Below are positions 38,142-50,700 of a stretch of 64,000 nucleotides of DNA, piece after piece. The translations under genes and the position numbers were made by a program. This DNA comes from Klebsormidium nitens. Taxonomy: Eukaryota; Plantae; Klebsormidiophyceae. The notes beneath the pieces are model-generated. The model searched no databases and was not told the DNA's origin. It saw nothing but the letters and a program-made list of their open reading frames with translations. Numbering within the stretch: the first letter of the stretch is position 1; each line of letters opens with the position of its first letter. The stretch spans positions 14,673 to 78,672 of the forward strand of contig DF237380.1 of the NCBI GenBank assembly GCA_000708835.1, read 5' to 3'.

Positions 38142-38221
38142 GCAGCCCGGTGTAGTGACTAAGACCTTCGCCTATACAGTGAGGTGAGACGCTCGAATCC
38201 CTTCAGAAGCACCTTTTTTTT
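38142..38221 (+). pseudogene. Degenerate tRNA-like (Val-like) sequence with oligo-T terminator
   Basis: gtgtagtg.cta..acc ttcgcct....a.gtgagg...gctcgaatccc resembles the eukaryotic tRNA-Val A-box, anticodon arm and B-box. It has an AT-rich run about 30 bp upstream and T8 downstream. Acceptor and T stems pair poorly. Confidence 0.45.
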
Positions 38222-39699
38222 AACAACTTTTTCTTCAGTTAAGTTGGTAGCTCTTAAGAGTGTTTATAAAGGGTTCAAACAACAACGTAGCCCTTTTGAG
38301 TTAGACGTACATTATCTAAGCTCATTTTTAATAGACGTACATTAGCTAAGCTCATTTTTTATAGAAGGAAACCCTGTACATGATGTCTCGTTTGCTAGAT
38401 ATACATACCGTCATCACTCACATACATTCACTCGAATACAAAATGAACGGACATGATCATATTTCCAATACGTGCAATCAATTGACCATCATGGCATATG
38501 CACACGAGTGATTCTCTAATTGATTGCATGTAATCCATTTAAATGACGTACAAAGCGAATTCGATATGCCCCGTATCTCAACGTCGTAGTATATGCAAGT
38601 TTGCTTTGCAGACTGTTTTATTACTCCTGCATTGCGTCTGCTTCCAAAGGGTTACTACGCAACCATGTCTTGAAACCTTCGTGTCCTAATTCATCTCGCT
38701 TTCTAGAGTACTCTTTGATTAAATCCTCAAGCTTTACCTTCTTTTGCTTCTTAATCGAGTCCCCGCCTGCCTCCTCGTCGGCCACTTCACCCGCCTTTCG
38801 CTTCTTCATTGTCGGGCAAGCATCAATGAATGACCTCATTGCAGCATGCGGATCCCCTAACGTGTCCGTCTTGATCCGCTCCGTGTATATGATTGCCTCC
38901 TCTGCACTTAGCCCTAGAGTCTCCGCCGTGTTTTCGACAAACTTGACAAGTACCTGTAGCCCACTGATCAAGCGACCGACTTCCCTGTCCGCATATTTGA
39001 AGGTTCGATCCTCCAATGCTGCCGCTTTCAATGCATCGATGCTCTGTTTTCCATCCAAGCCGACCTTGAATAAGTAATAAGCTTGCGCCACCTGCGTTAT
39101 CTTTCGGAGAAAATTTAAGGAATAAACATTCTCAACGTCCTGTTGACGTGTCCTTCGAGGCCTCCGTGCCTGACCTTGTTGCGAATTCGTCCCAGCTGAC
39201 GTACCCGCAGCGCCGGTCTCCTGATCGGCAGCATCACGTGCTGCAAAGTTTGCGCGACCACCCGTTGCAGCTGCGGAAGCAGCGGTGGCATGCTGTGATG
39301 TCATCCCTGAGCGGTCGAGGTCGTCATCGGGACCTCCAGCCGTTGCAGCCCCCTGATCTGCGGGTCCCCCAGTTGCTGCGATGAGTGAAATTTCCCCCAA
39401 GCAGCGCTGTAACCGCGTCACAGCTCCACGCAAAAGCCCCACGTCCGTTGCGATGGTGTCCAGACCCGCCTTGATCTGCATTCAAATAAGACTTTCGCCA
39501 TTCAAAAACTGCAAGCCGATTGCAGAAAAAGCCTGTAAAGCCTGTACAGCATGTAAATGCCTGTAAAGGCTTTACAGCCTGCAACATTAGCTGGAGTAAC
39601 TTTGCATGAGTGAATCCGGGTTTGGCAAGCCAGAACCATCAAACCGTACACTAATTGAGTTGGAACCGCAGTCTGGTTACCTACGAATTCAGGGTCTGG

Positions 39700-39900
39700 T
39701 TGGGTGAGCAACCGGGACCTGGTTGAGGTTAACCAGACTGTGGTTCTGAGCCAGACTGTGGTTCTGAAGATGTGGTTAACCAGACTGTGGTTCTGCGGGT
39801 CAACCAGGCCTGGTTAGAGCCGCTAACCAGACCGGCCTGGTTGCGGTTTGATTAGCTCCTGGTTAGCGAGTCTGGTTAGCTGCGGAAATTTCCCTGTGAA
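39700..39900. repeat. CTGGTT/AACCAG-rich intron element, copy A (in Crypton intron 9)
   Basis: cctggttagagccgctaaccagaccgg...gagtctggttagctgcggaaatttccctgtg; homologous to 43480-43660. Confidence 0.7.
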
Positions 39901-42559
39901 CGGAATAGCTAGCCTAGAAAAATCATCATCAAAGGTTTGGACCAATCTAAGACTCATAAGTCAACGAAGCAGAAAGGTGAAACTCGACAAAATGTGACGC
40001 TCGGGCACCGACATCTGTTCTGACGACAGAGTCAATTCGGTTTCTCACCTCGGCCCCTGGGACCTCTGGCCGCTCAACCACGTCCGGAAGCTGGTCACGG
40101 CCTTCTTCCGCATCAACGACCTCCTTCACGAACTGAAGCCAGAGTTCGGCGTGCTCCGCGTCAGGGTCCATCAGGACATGGTTACACAGAGGATGGTCTG
40201 GACACCGGTCGTAGACCAGAGCAAGATGCTGATAGACAATTTTCCGCAGCGGCCCTGTAAGCGCCCTGAGGAACTGCTCGGCCGACATGTCACGCTCCAA
40301 TTTTTTTGGGGCCGCCTTCCGCTCGCCCTTGTACTTGCTGATGAGAGCGTGCCTCTGCACACAGAAGGGCCCATTCCGATGAGCTTTGCGTGCTAAGCAG
40401 GAGAAGGCAATTTCATATTAGGGTATCAGCTCTCTAGAAGAGCTTTTCTGAACCGATTTTCGAACACCATGCAGAGGTTGCGCGGCACAGTCTTTACTGC
40501 AGCACAATCTGACCTTCATGCAAAGACTAACTTCTGAGCCATTGCAAAGCACAGATCACAGCGGTCCGCTCCTACGAACCTTTGAGCACACCAAAGATGA
40601 CCTTGTCGGCAACTTACCGCCACAACCTCTGCTAGCTGGCTGTCGGCCTTTGCGAACAGCATGGGGAGGCCGTCCGGAACATCCACATGGAACCGTGGTA
40701 GATGATATGCCTGCTTCAGTGGAGGGAACCCGCTCATCACGAGAAGCGCCTCAGGGGGTATGTTGGTCAGGTAGCTTAGGAACATGTGGGCATATACCCA
40801 GTGCCCAAGCCGAGCAATATCTGACTCGGACAACCTGCAAGATGGACGATCGAACTCGATGAAAAGCTTATTTAAAAAGAAATGAAACGGCTCCTGACTC
40901 GAATTGGCACGCAACACCTTTCATTAGCCGAGCAGACAACAATTATACGTGGACGGTGACCGAGACAAGCAAGTGCGGGACTCCATATCTAACGGTAGTC
41001 AGACTAGGCTCCCGTCCTTTTGACGGCCTTCAAAGCAACCGTTCTTTGGCCAGCGGCCTTCAAAGCAGCTTTCAGGAACCAGCGTGCAAGGTACCTGTGG
41101 CATGAGAGTCTGGGATCTCACCCTCCGAGGTCAGCCTCCCGTGCACCGACACCCCGAAAGGAGTGTGTGACTTTCGAAGAGCTGATTCCAAGCGCCGCAA
41201 ATATCCCGCACAAGTACTGGTAGTGTTGGTCGAACCGCAGTGGGACCAAAGGGGAGCGAGCATCGCCGGGAAACAACCAGTACAGGTACCCAGAAATCAG
41301 ATTTAAGCATTTCGGGTTTTTCTCTGGCAAGTTCTAGATTGGCATAGTCGCGTGTCACACGGACCAAAGTTCCCGAGCAGGTGCTCAGGAAAAGAAAGCC
41401 GGTCTGCAAGTGCTTGCAGACAATGAAAGAATAAAAGGAAAGACAGAAACGATTGCTACACACACGATGGCCCTTGCTTACCAGGAGCTGGGAAATGGGC
41501 GCATCTCTTGCTCGCTTGCCGCTGTCTGGTTACCCGTTGGGCTACGGGCGGCAACAGGTGTCCGCTCAGAGCTCGAAGTAGTTGAAGCCCCGTCGGCCGC
41601 TGCTGAAGTGGCGGCAGCGGGTGACTGGGCGGCTCCGCCTGCAACAGGACTCAACAACGGGCTCCCGTCTGGCGTTAGCAGCTGTGGTCGCTCGCTGTCA
41701 TCGGAACCACCGTCATCAAAGTCCTCGTCCTCCGCCTCCCTGTATCCGGGATCCTGCCGCAACTGCCGCTCGTACTCAGCTTCTGTGCCCTCAAAAGGGG
41801 CCCAGTCTGGGTAGACGTCTTTGGGAAGTCTCCACCGAGTGTCTGGGAATGGCTCATTCAACACCTCCCACCGGTAGTACAGAAGGAGGCCAAGAGCGCC
41901 GAACGCGCAGCGCCCCCACTTCTTGTGCTGAATGAGGCCAATCATCTGTTTCCGCCCCTCCTACAAGGACACGCAGAGAACCAATTACAATTCCGAAATT
42001 CTACAGGGTAACGCGTGCCAGGTACAAATCAAGCCGAATACCCTTCAGGAAAGGAACGTTCAAACGCGTATAAGCCTAGATTGCCAAGGGGCCTCATACT
42101 TGTCAAGAACACTTTGTGAGCACCCCGTGAGAAGATCTATTCTTAAACTCAAAGCAAACATCACGGAGTCGATCGTGCAATGGACAAGACAAACAAACAC
42201 CTGATATGATGGGCTGGGCGCTTACAGCAAAATCTCACACTTAATGCGTGCCAAGAGCTATGCGCGCCAGCCACTTACTTTGTTCTGCTTCCCTCGATCG
42301 GTAACCAGGCCCAGCATCCAACACTCGGTCGGGCCTATGGATTCCTGCTTGAGGGCGAAGAGGTCGCACAAATTGAAGCCACGTGTCGTGTCTCCTCTGC
42401 CCAAAGATGAGTGCTGTAGTGCCGACATGGCTCTGCAAGAAAACAAGAATGTAAATCAAATCTGCAAAACGAAAGCGCAAGGTTCCCAACGCCAGCAAAG
42501 AAGACCAGCTAACGGTTACTGTCAAAGCGAGTTCGAACGGCCGAGCGGCTATGACGTTA

Positions 42560-42790
42560 GCAATCAGTCTGCTGACGTCACAGCAAGTTCAAACGCGCGG
42601 AACCAAGCGGCCAAGCCCCTCCGACGTAAGCAATCAGCCCGCTGACGTCACAGCAAGTTCAAACGCACGGAATCAAACGGCCAAGCCCCTCTGATGTCAG
42701 CAATCAGTACGCTTACGTTAGGGCAAGTTTGAAAGAGCGGATCGAACGGCCAAGCTCGGCGCGGACGTCAACAATCATTCCGCTGATATA
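42560..42790. repeat. About 70-bp tandem repeat, three copies plus a partial, in a Crypton intron
   Basis: caatcag..cgctgacgtcacagcaagttcaaacgc.cggaa.caa.cggccaagccc repeated. Confidence 0.75.
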
Positions 42791-43479
42791 TTAGAACAGA
42801 TTTAAAGGAGCTAACTTGAACGGCGGAGCGCCTCTGACATACCTCATTGAAAGCGCTTCGAATACTTTGTCGTAGTCTTCGTCCATGTTGTGGTGCCAAG
42901 CATCGTCCAACATCTTGTCCAACATGTCGGTGAGCTGATCGTCGGAGTAACCATCGGACACCGCCCCCTCTTGCCGGTCCAGAAACTCTCTGCAGCAGCA
43001 TGACTCTCTTTGGCAACCGTGTACATATAAAGTTTGAAGACATCTTGAAGACCACGACTTCCTTCACGACGGCTGAGACGAACGGGACGGACATTCTAGA
43101 TAGAAAGTGCTTCAGAGAGCACCACTGCAAAGCACGTATGCACCAGCTTTTCTCACTTACTCGCGTGCCCGGGTGGCTGTTTGTCGTGCAGCGGCTCGCA
43201 GGCATGTCTTCACGGAGGGAGTCCGCAGGTCGTGTGTCACCCGCACCCCCCGCATGATGCACTGGATCTGGTGGGTGAAGACAAGAGCTTTGACGTGGTC
43301 CTCCACAACGCTGTAGCTCTGCAAAGGAATATGGAGTGAATTGGTGCCACATGTATCTCAGATCGTGTGCTCGAACTCGCAAAGCTTGTTGCAAGTCACA
43401 CTTGCTCCAACCATTAATCAAGCAGAAAAGTTTTGTGAGAAAGCTGATTGCACGTAAAAGCATAAACAGAGTCCAGTCT

Positions 43480-43660
43480 CAATTGATCGACCAGACTCTG
43501 GTCACCACCAACCAGGCCGCCATCGAGTCTGGTCAAGCTTTTGGAGTATGGTTCACGAGCTAATCACGCCTGGTTAAACCGCTAACCAGCCCGGTCTGTT
43601 TATGGTCTGGTTTTAGGGTCTGTTTAAAGAGTCGGGTTAGCAGCGAAATCTCCCTGTGTT
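43480..43660. repeat. CTGGTT/AACCAG-rich intron element, copy B (in Crypton intron 2)
   Basis: cctggttaaaccgctaaccagcccgg...gagtcgggttagcagcgaaatctccctgtg. Confidence 0.7.
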
Positions 43661-46600
43661 AGTCCTCACCTTCCGCTTTTTCATCCCCCCTGGCCCAATG
43701 ATGGGCTGGGTGAGGTTGGCAATGTATGATTCAACCCTTTCGGGGGTGATCAATACCCCCTTCCACCACCACTCTCGTGGTTCCAATCCCACCCCCAAAC
43801 CAGAGGGCTCGTTTCTGAACTCCCGCATCTCGTCCCACCTCGCTTCGACGTCGGCCTCTCGAAACTTGTTGCGGAAGAACACCTGAAGTTGGACAAAAAA
43901 CATTGAATGATTCACTTTATGGCCAAACCAGTAGTTTCATTGCTCCCAATCTCTAGCCAGCTGATTGCTCCTCTAAATTGGGTCGATGAGCGGTCAACAA
44001 AAATCTAGACAAAAGCACAACCAGACAACCAGTGCAATTTCCACCGCTCGCCGATTGCCAGGCAAACATGCTTGTGCTTGTAGCATTCCGCAATTCACGC
44101 GACTTCAGACCTGCAGCAAGCCGAGCACAGTAAAGCCAAAGATGCAGAAACTTGAAAGCTAGCCTTCGCTTCTCCGCTGCACTGTGCACAAAGAACGATC
44201 ATCAGTTGCATAGCTTGCAAACAGTTTTGTTGCCTACCTGAAACTCCCCGGTCCGCGAAAGGTACTTCCCTTGGCTCCGTGGAGCTAGCGTGGCGATGTA
44301 CTGAAGAGCAACTTTCTTACGATCATCCAGACTCGGAGCCATAAGATCTTCTTGCAGCACAGTCTGGGCCGCAATAGATTCAGCCTTTGCTTCTTCAGGA
44401 GTGCTTGGAGGGTCACCATGGCTTGGCAACCCATCATCGTCGTTCGCATCCGACTCCCCATCTGCATCCGATTCTGCAGCCTGAATTGCTGCACGCTGTT
44501 GTGCTCGCTGCATTCTGGCACTTATGCGTTTCGAGACACGCCGCACCGGTGTCCCTTGTTCAGAACCATCTGCACCACCTTCGTCAACACTGGGGGAATC
44601 TAGGTGCTGCCTTCCAACATTTGGTGAATCTAAACCTCTATCGTGAGAAAACTCAAACGGGTGGCCAGCTCGACGCTGAGGTTCAAAAGGGCTTGCAGAA
44701 TGCTGAAAGTAACGGGGACGCCGTCTTTCAAACTCGGGAGACGCTGGACTATCTGCATTCACAAAGAAGCCAACCGTTAGTATGCGTCGCTTTGCTTGCT
44801 GTTCAAATCAACTCAGCTGACTTGACTCTCAATACACCGGGCAACTAATGTCCAGCTTCAACTGCTGCTGTACACTCACAGCACACGTTACAAATTGAAA
44901 CATAACAAGGAACTGAGCTCATGAGAAGGTCTGCCAACATTCAGACAGATTTGCAAGACAAGCTTTTCAAAGTCTCTGTTGGGTTTCAACTTGTCCTGCT
45001 GCCCCTCTCAAAAGGTCATTCTGTAAGCTGGTCTCGAACCAGGAACAAGTTGATAAGCAAGATCAGAATATAGAGCAAACATTTCACCACTAACATCTAT
45101 GTTTTGTAATGTTCACACCCTATTTTCCAAATCCTAATGTGCTGGAAGTACCAATTTGGCACATGCTGGAGATAGGCTAAGATAATTTGGTGCTGGTCTT
45201 GCAATTCAAGTGGCACTTGCAACTGTCTCACATCAGTAAATGGGAGCTCAAGCTTGTTGAAGGGCAGCTCACCTTCAGCAGAATTCATCCTTGGCTATCT
45301 TGCTTGAGTAAAATTACCATGCTTTGTGCCAACTCTAAACGAGTGCTGGTACTTCTTTAAGTGAAAACCCAAAGTATGGCAGCTGTTTGGTAACGGTATG
45401 TCCTCCTTGTTTCAGCTGGCACCACCGGAATTGACTATCTTTTTAAAGCTGTTTCAGCCCCGTTTCAGCATTGAGCAAAAAGCAATCCACCATTGCTACA
45501 TTGTCACAATTCAGGCTTGGTTGGAATGGCATTGAGGCAATGCTACCATTGGGCTGCTGCTGGTATGCTTTTGTTCTCTGCCTCTCAACAAGCCTCAGGA
45601 CCTTGCTTCTTGCTTCAGCTTGATCGAGCTAACAACTAACTTATTAGGCGCGGCTCCTGCAACAACCTGGTTCCTGCCAGCACTGAATGCTAGCCGGCCT
45701 GCCGGAAGCTGGGTTATAACCTATTGTATGGTCCCTGGTAATAGCTTATTGAGATTGGACAGGCTATAGGCGACGGCTTTCTTACGGCAGAACTGACGTT
45801 GAGCGCTTGATGGTTTCTTGATCAGCCAGGGGGTCACCGACGGAGTCGCGCCGGTCCGGGGTAACACAGTTAAAATTGGAGCGGGACCGGCCGCGCGGCG
45901 GTACGGTGTCCCGCTGCCCCACGGCACCGTGTCCCGCGGAGTGCCCCGTCGCTCGATACGGCTCTGTACGTGTGTCCACTGTCTTGGCTTTCGGGCCCCG
46001 GGGGATCACTCTCACAGATACTTTTCCTCAGTTTAGGTATGTGCTCTGGATAGGATCCTAGATTCGGAAGCTGGATGCCAGTGCGCAGGACGTGACTTTG
46101 AAAGAATTCTGCTCATCGACTCCTCTGATCTCAGTCACTCCAGTACGTACGTCCTGCAGATGTGATGAGAATCGCCAATATTCTTCACCTTCACCCAAGT
46201 ACAGCTGGCAATTCCTGGTGCCTAAACTCTGGCCTGTAGCTTGGGATGGTCATGAAACCAAGAATCATTGATATCTGACGAGCCTTTCAAGTTTTCAGTG
46301 CCGATATCAGTGCTTTACTATCTATGGGGTGATGATCACAATTGATTATATATGCCCACGTCCCCAGCGTGGGCATCACGTGTGCCGCCTCTGATCGGTA
46401 CTGTGCCGAGCGAACTTTTTATGAGGGGCGGTCGCACATGCCCGACTTAGATCGACATACCTACCTATGTAGTTAGAAAACAGCACCTGCACAGCCTTCC
46501 ACTAGTGTACACAGTACGAGACCGGGATTTGGCAGTGCTAATTACGAGCGAGACAAACATATGCATATGAGCATGATACATGTTCTGTTAAAGTGAGGCC

Positions 46601-47758
46601 ATATTGGCCATGATTGGATGAACGGGTATAGGTATACAGCCTCTAACCGACGCCCACTGACTTTAAGCGGCAGTGCTTTGAAATGTTCATCGAGCATCTG
46701 GGCTGATCTGGCCCATTCTAGTACCGGTATAATGTCATTGAACCCGACTTCGCTTCAGAGGTAGCAGCCTGTCCCGGTAAAAGAGCACTTCACAACCCGG
46801 GACTGTCGACAACCAGCTGTGAACCAGCTAGCAGTGAATCAAGCATATAATTACTTTTATTTCCAGCTCTGTACTGAAAGTGAGCGAATGAGTAAATCCT
46901 TGATTTAGTTGAACGGTCATCAAAAGTTGAGGCTACAATGAACCGCAAGTGAGTGAAACTTGCGGTTGATGGCGTTGACACAGCAGCTTCAAGAACGTCA
47001 AGTCTCAAGTGTGTGAAGATGAATCGAACAGTATGTCATTATCGTTCTGTACCACTGATTTGGCCGCCTCGTTGAAATCATGCAGTATTCAGGGCGTTAT
47101 ACAGTTTGCTGTTTCTGTAGTTATGCACCCAACGTCCACGCAGCTCGATATCCTTCGGGCAGCACTTTCCGCTCGCATCGTACACCCTTAAAACTGCTCA
47201 TATGTGGACCGATATGCCTCCACCTACTAGTACAGGTCTCTGATTGATCACAGTCTTTATGAGCGCGGCCGGTCATGGTGCAGGCAAATGGTTGAGAGAT
47301 GCAGCTTCGTTCGATTGGTGGAAGAGTAAATGCAAACGACAACGATAGATGATACTGCACAAAGGATCAGCCGCCACTTCCGTCATCCAGTGACCGGTTC
47401 GAGGTAATTTGAAACCCCTTCCTTTATTCTCCTCCGATTTCAATCTGATCTGTCTACGTCACTATGGTAAGTTTCGACTCACTCCGTCTTCAAATTTCAG
47501 AAACTTGTGCTCCGGAACAGCTCAACAAGTGTGTAGGTTACAGCACCTGACTACGAGTACCATGAAGAGCTTCAGCGGCAATAATGACATGCACAAATCC
47601 TTCTCGACGACGGCCAGAGCGAAAGCTGCTTATGCTCGACTTCAAATGTTCAAAGGGAACTTGAATGCCCAAAGGAGAAGCCCACCTGGGGAACTCTGCT
47701 GAAATTTCAAACGGTTCTAAATGAATGGCTTCCTGAATTCAGGTCGCGTCATATTGTT

Positions 47759-50700
47759 CTAGAAGCAGACCAGCGACCCCGTCTCCTGGCTGCACCGCGC
47801 GCTGACCGTCACGCTGGCGTCATCAGCAGCGGAAAGCTCCGCTGACGTCAGCATCTTGCGCGAGGCCTTGGCGCCGTCCTCGATCATGTTGACGTTGCGC
47901 AAAGTGACGCCAGCGGCAAGATTGAACTGGTTGAAGTCGCTGTCGGCTGACGTCAGCGAGGACACGCGGTAGTAGTCGGTTTTGCCCTCCACCAGGAAGT
48001 CGTGACCCGTCGCGTTGGCCGTGACGGCATTCCGGCGCTCGACAGCATCCGGGCGGAACATCTGGCCCTGCAGCGGAACGGGGCGAGGTGCCAGGGTCAG
48101 CGGAACGGAGGGACGGAATGATGACTGGGTCCGAGAAGATCACAATCCGGGCCCAAAAGGGAGACGTGGGACGGCAGAGGTTCAGACATGATCCAAACCG
48201 CTACTTGCCCAGATCGTGTGGGGTGAGACCAGGGACAAGTGCCGCACGATTCAGATCTGAAAAGCGACGTGATGCATACAGGGCGGTGATCATCAAAGCT
48301 GCTAGGCTCGTTCGCCAACGTCGATCCACGTACTCGCAAAACTGCTTGCTCGCCTTTGTCAGTTCGGCAGATTTGGGACGCTTGTTCGACACATCAAACA
48401 AGTTATGCGGCGGTGTAACCAGATCAATTGAAACCGAAGCTGAGATAAACATCTCGGGAAAAACTCAGCGCCGACAACAAGGCAACGCACATGGTCCTTT
48501 GAGACTCCCTGGTTCTGCTACCTGTAATACGCGTCGCTCGAATGTCAGGCGCGGAGAGACTGCCACGTGGCTTACCAGGACACCGTGAGCGTGGCGGGAG
48601 AGGGTGATGCTCTCCATGTTCATGTCGAGGTACTTGCCGAGGGGGTCCAACTAGAGAAGGACAGGAAAAGAGAGAACGTCAGAACGGGGCAGATATTAGG
48701 TCTTTGAACAGCTGTCGTCCAATGAAGATCTGTCACCGAGCTGTGGGGAAATGTGCGAAGAGAAGGTGGCTGAGGCGAACAGAAACGTGAGAGCGACTTT
48801 GGGATCGCAGTCAATCAAAGGACAGTACTTTATCGAACGTGAGAAAGACTTATAAAGTACGAATAGTGAGGTGGGCATTAGGATGCTTCCGAAAGAAATC
48901 AATCCATTCATTGAATCTCCGACAGGTCGAACAAGCCAGGCAGCCTGTTGGTCACCAGAGTCCACCAAGCCGACGCAGAAAAGGGACAACAATCCGATTT
49001 GGTGCAAGCAAGATAATACAGTTTCTGTGGTACGTTCTGCGAAGTTCTACACAAGACGTAAACAGGCAGCGGCGCACCTGGATGCGGCTCTCGACGCGGG
49101 GGTTGAACGTGGCTTCGAAGAGGCCGTCGATCTTGATGCGGGCTTGCGCGCGCATGTGGGGCTCGCGCGTGATGGTCGCCCGGCCATCGGGGGACGCCCA
49201 AGTGTACTCGGCGGTGCCCTGCACGATTAAGAAGTGGAGTTATAACTAGGAGCCGATAAGAGAAGTGAAGGAACATCAACAGGTATTCTATTTGGTACGT
49301 TTTTACCTTGATGAGTTTTCGCTGGCTTCAAGGCAGATCCAGCAGGAAACGTATGAGTACGTCTTGGCCTACCCAAAGACGGAAACGTCTGCGGAGCGAA
49401 GCCACGAAGCAGGAGCGAACGATCGGACGGATTAGACAACTTCAAAAGTGAGGAACTCGGATCTAATTTCTTAGCTAAATCCGATGGCACGAGAGCAAAG
49501 GAGAGCACGAAGCGCGGTTCCGGGAAAGCCATAGCTCAAAAGTCGGAGTCGAAAACCAGATGGTTGCAGGCGCTGCTCAAAGGCAAAGAACAGCGGACAG
49601 GAGCAACGAGGATAGGATATTTTGGTCAGGTGCAAGCTTGCCAGACTTGGTTTTCTCATTCCATTCGGGAAAGCATGGAGTCAAACACAACCCGCTCCAG
49701 CCCATTGAGGAAGTATCGGTAGATCCTCATGTTCCGTCTAAAAGACTTCGGCTAAAGGCATTCGCAAGATTTGCAGGGTGGGATGGTTTATTCCTGTCAG
49801 ACCGAATACGGCGATAAAAGGCAGGAAACAGGAAAGGAGAAGCTTACCGAGCCGACTGGGATGTCCTCCCCGTCGAAGGTGAAGAAGAAGACGTCAGCGG
49901 CCTCGAACTCCTTCTCCTGGTCGATGCCAATGCTCACAAAGTGGGTCGCGCCAGACTCGTCCTTGAAGCCCATGGCTATCTCCTGCCAAAAGAAAGGGTT
50001 AAGAAAGGGGTCAGCGTTGACACGAATCACGTGGATAAGAACAAGGTTTTGGAGCGTATCAAGACACCAGAAGAATTGCGGATTGTGACGGAGTGTGAAA
50101 GCCCCCATTGCGGCTTGGCGCTACAACGACATACCTGCAATAGCCATGGGCAAATCTGCATCTAATCAAGCAATGCAGGTGTCTTCCAGCAGAGTCCAAT
50201 CAGGCCATACACTGGCAAAAGAAGAAAATGGCGAGAGACGACATGCATCTGCGTGAGAACCAGGAGGTTTGTATTTGCAAGGGGCCAGCTGTTTTCATTT
50301 GAAGCCCTATGAGAGGACCACATTGTGTGTTTTACACTAGGTTCATCTTCATCATCTGTATTCACCTCGATCCAGGTGCCGTGCTCGACATCCTCCGTGT
50401 TATCGCGCTCACCAACGAAGCGGGCATTCAGCTGCAGGATGTGACATTCGCATGTTAGTCCCCTCATCATTGGACCCCGGGTATGAGGGTAGACCCAGAC
50501 AAGCATCAGAGAAGGGGACAGAAAACGAAGTCGGTACGCTTATCCAGTTGAGTTGGTAGAGCATCGTCAAAATAGTGGGGGCTGTTGGAAAGGGGATAAA
50601 ATAACTTGAGAGGGGCGCTTTAAGAATTAAACAGAATCGATCCAGGCTACCAATGCCAGCTGTCATGTCATCGTGGGCTCATCTGATTTTCAAGCCAGTG

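Larger units (their letters stand above)
38621..44762 (-). mobile_element. Crypton-type tyrosine recombinase gene (NDC10_II-like YR plus C-terminal GCR1_C-like domain), 10 modelled exons, about 1,070 aa, 5' end uncertain
   Basis: Exons 44762-44238, 43882-43670, 43318-43161, 42989-42843, 42432-42279, 41960-41482, 41289-41122, 40834-40618, 40354-40049, 39475-38621, all phase-consistent. Motifs: FLDRQEGAVSDGY, LGRGD (R), GKQNKEGR (K), QHKKWGRCAFGALGLLLYYRW..NEPFPD, KVTHSFRGVGAREADLGG (HxxR), IARLGHW (H/W), MFLSYLTNIP (Y), YHLPR, LRKIVYQH..PDHP, then YSLNFLRKITQVAQAYYLFKVGLDGKQSIDAL...LSAEEA (GCR1_C-like). Confidence 0.88.

Noticed and set aside
45097-45288. ORF MNSAEGELPFNKLELPF... as a possible first Crypton exon
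   Set aside because: No motif and no confident in-phase junction to the acceptor near 44752.
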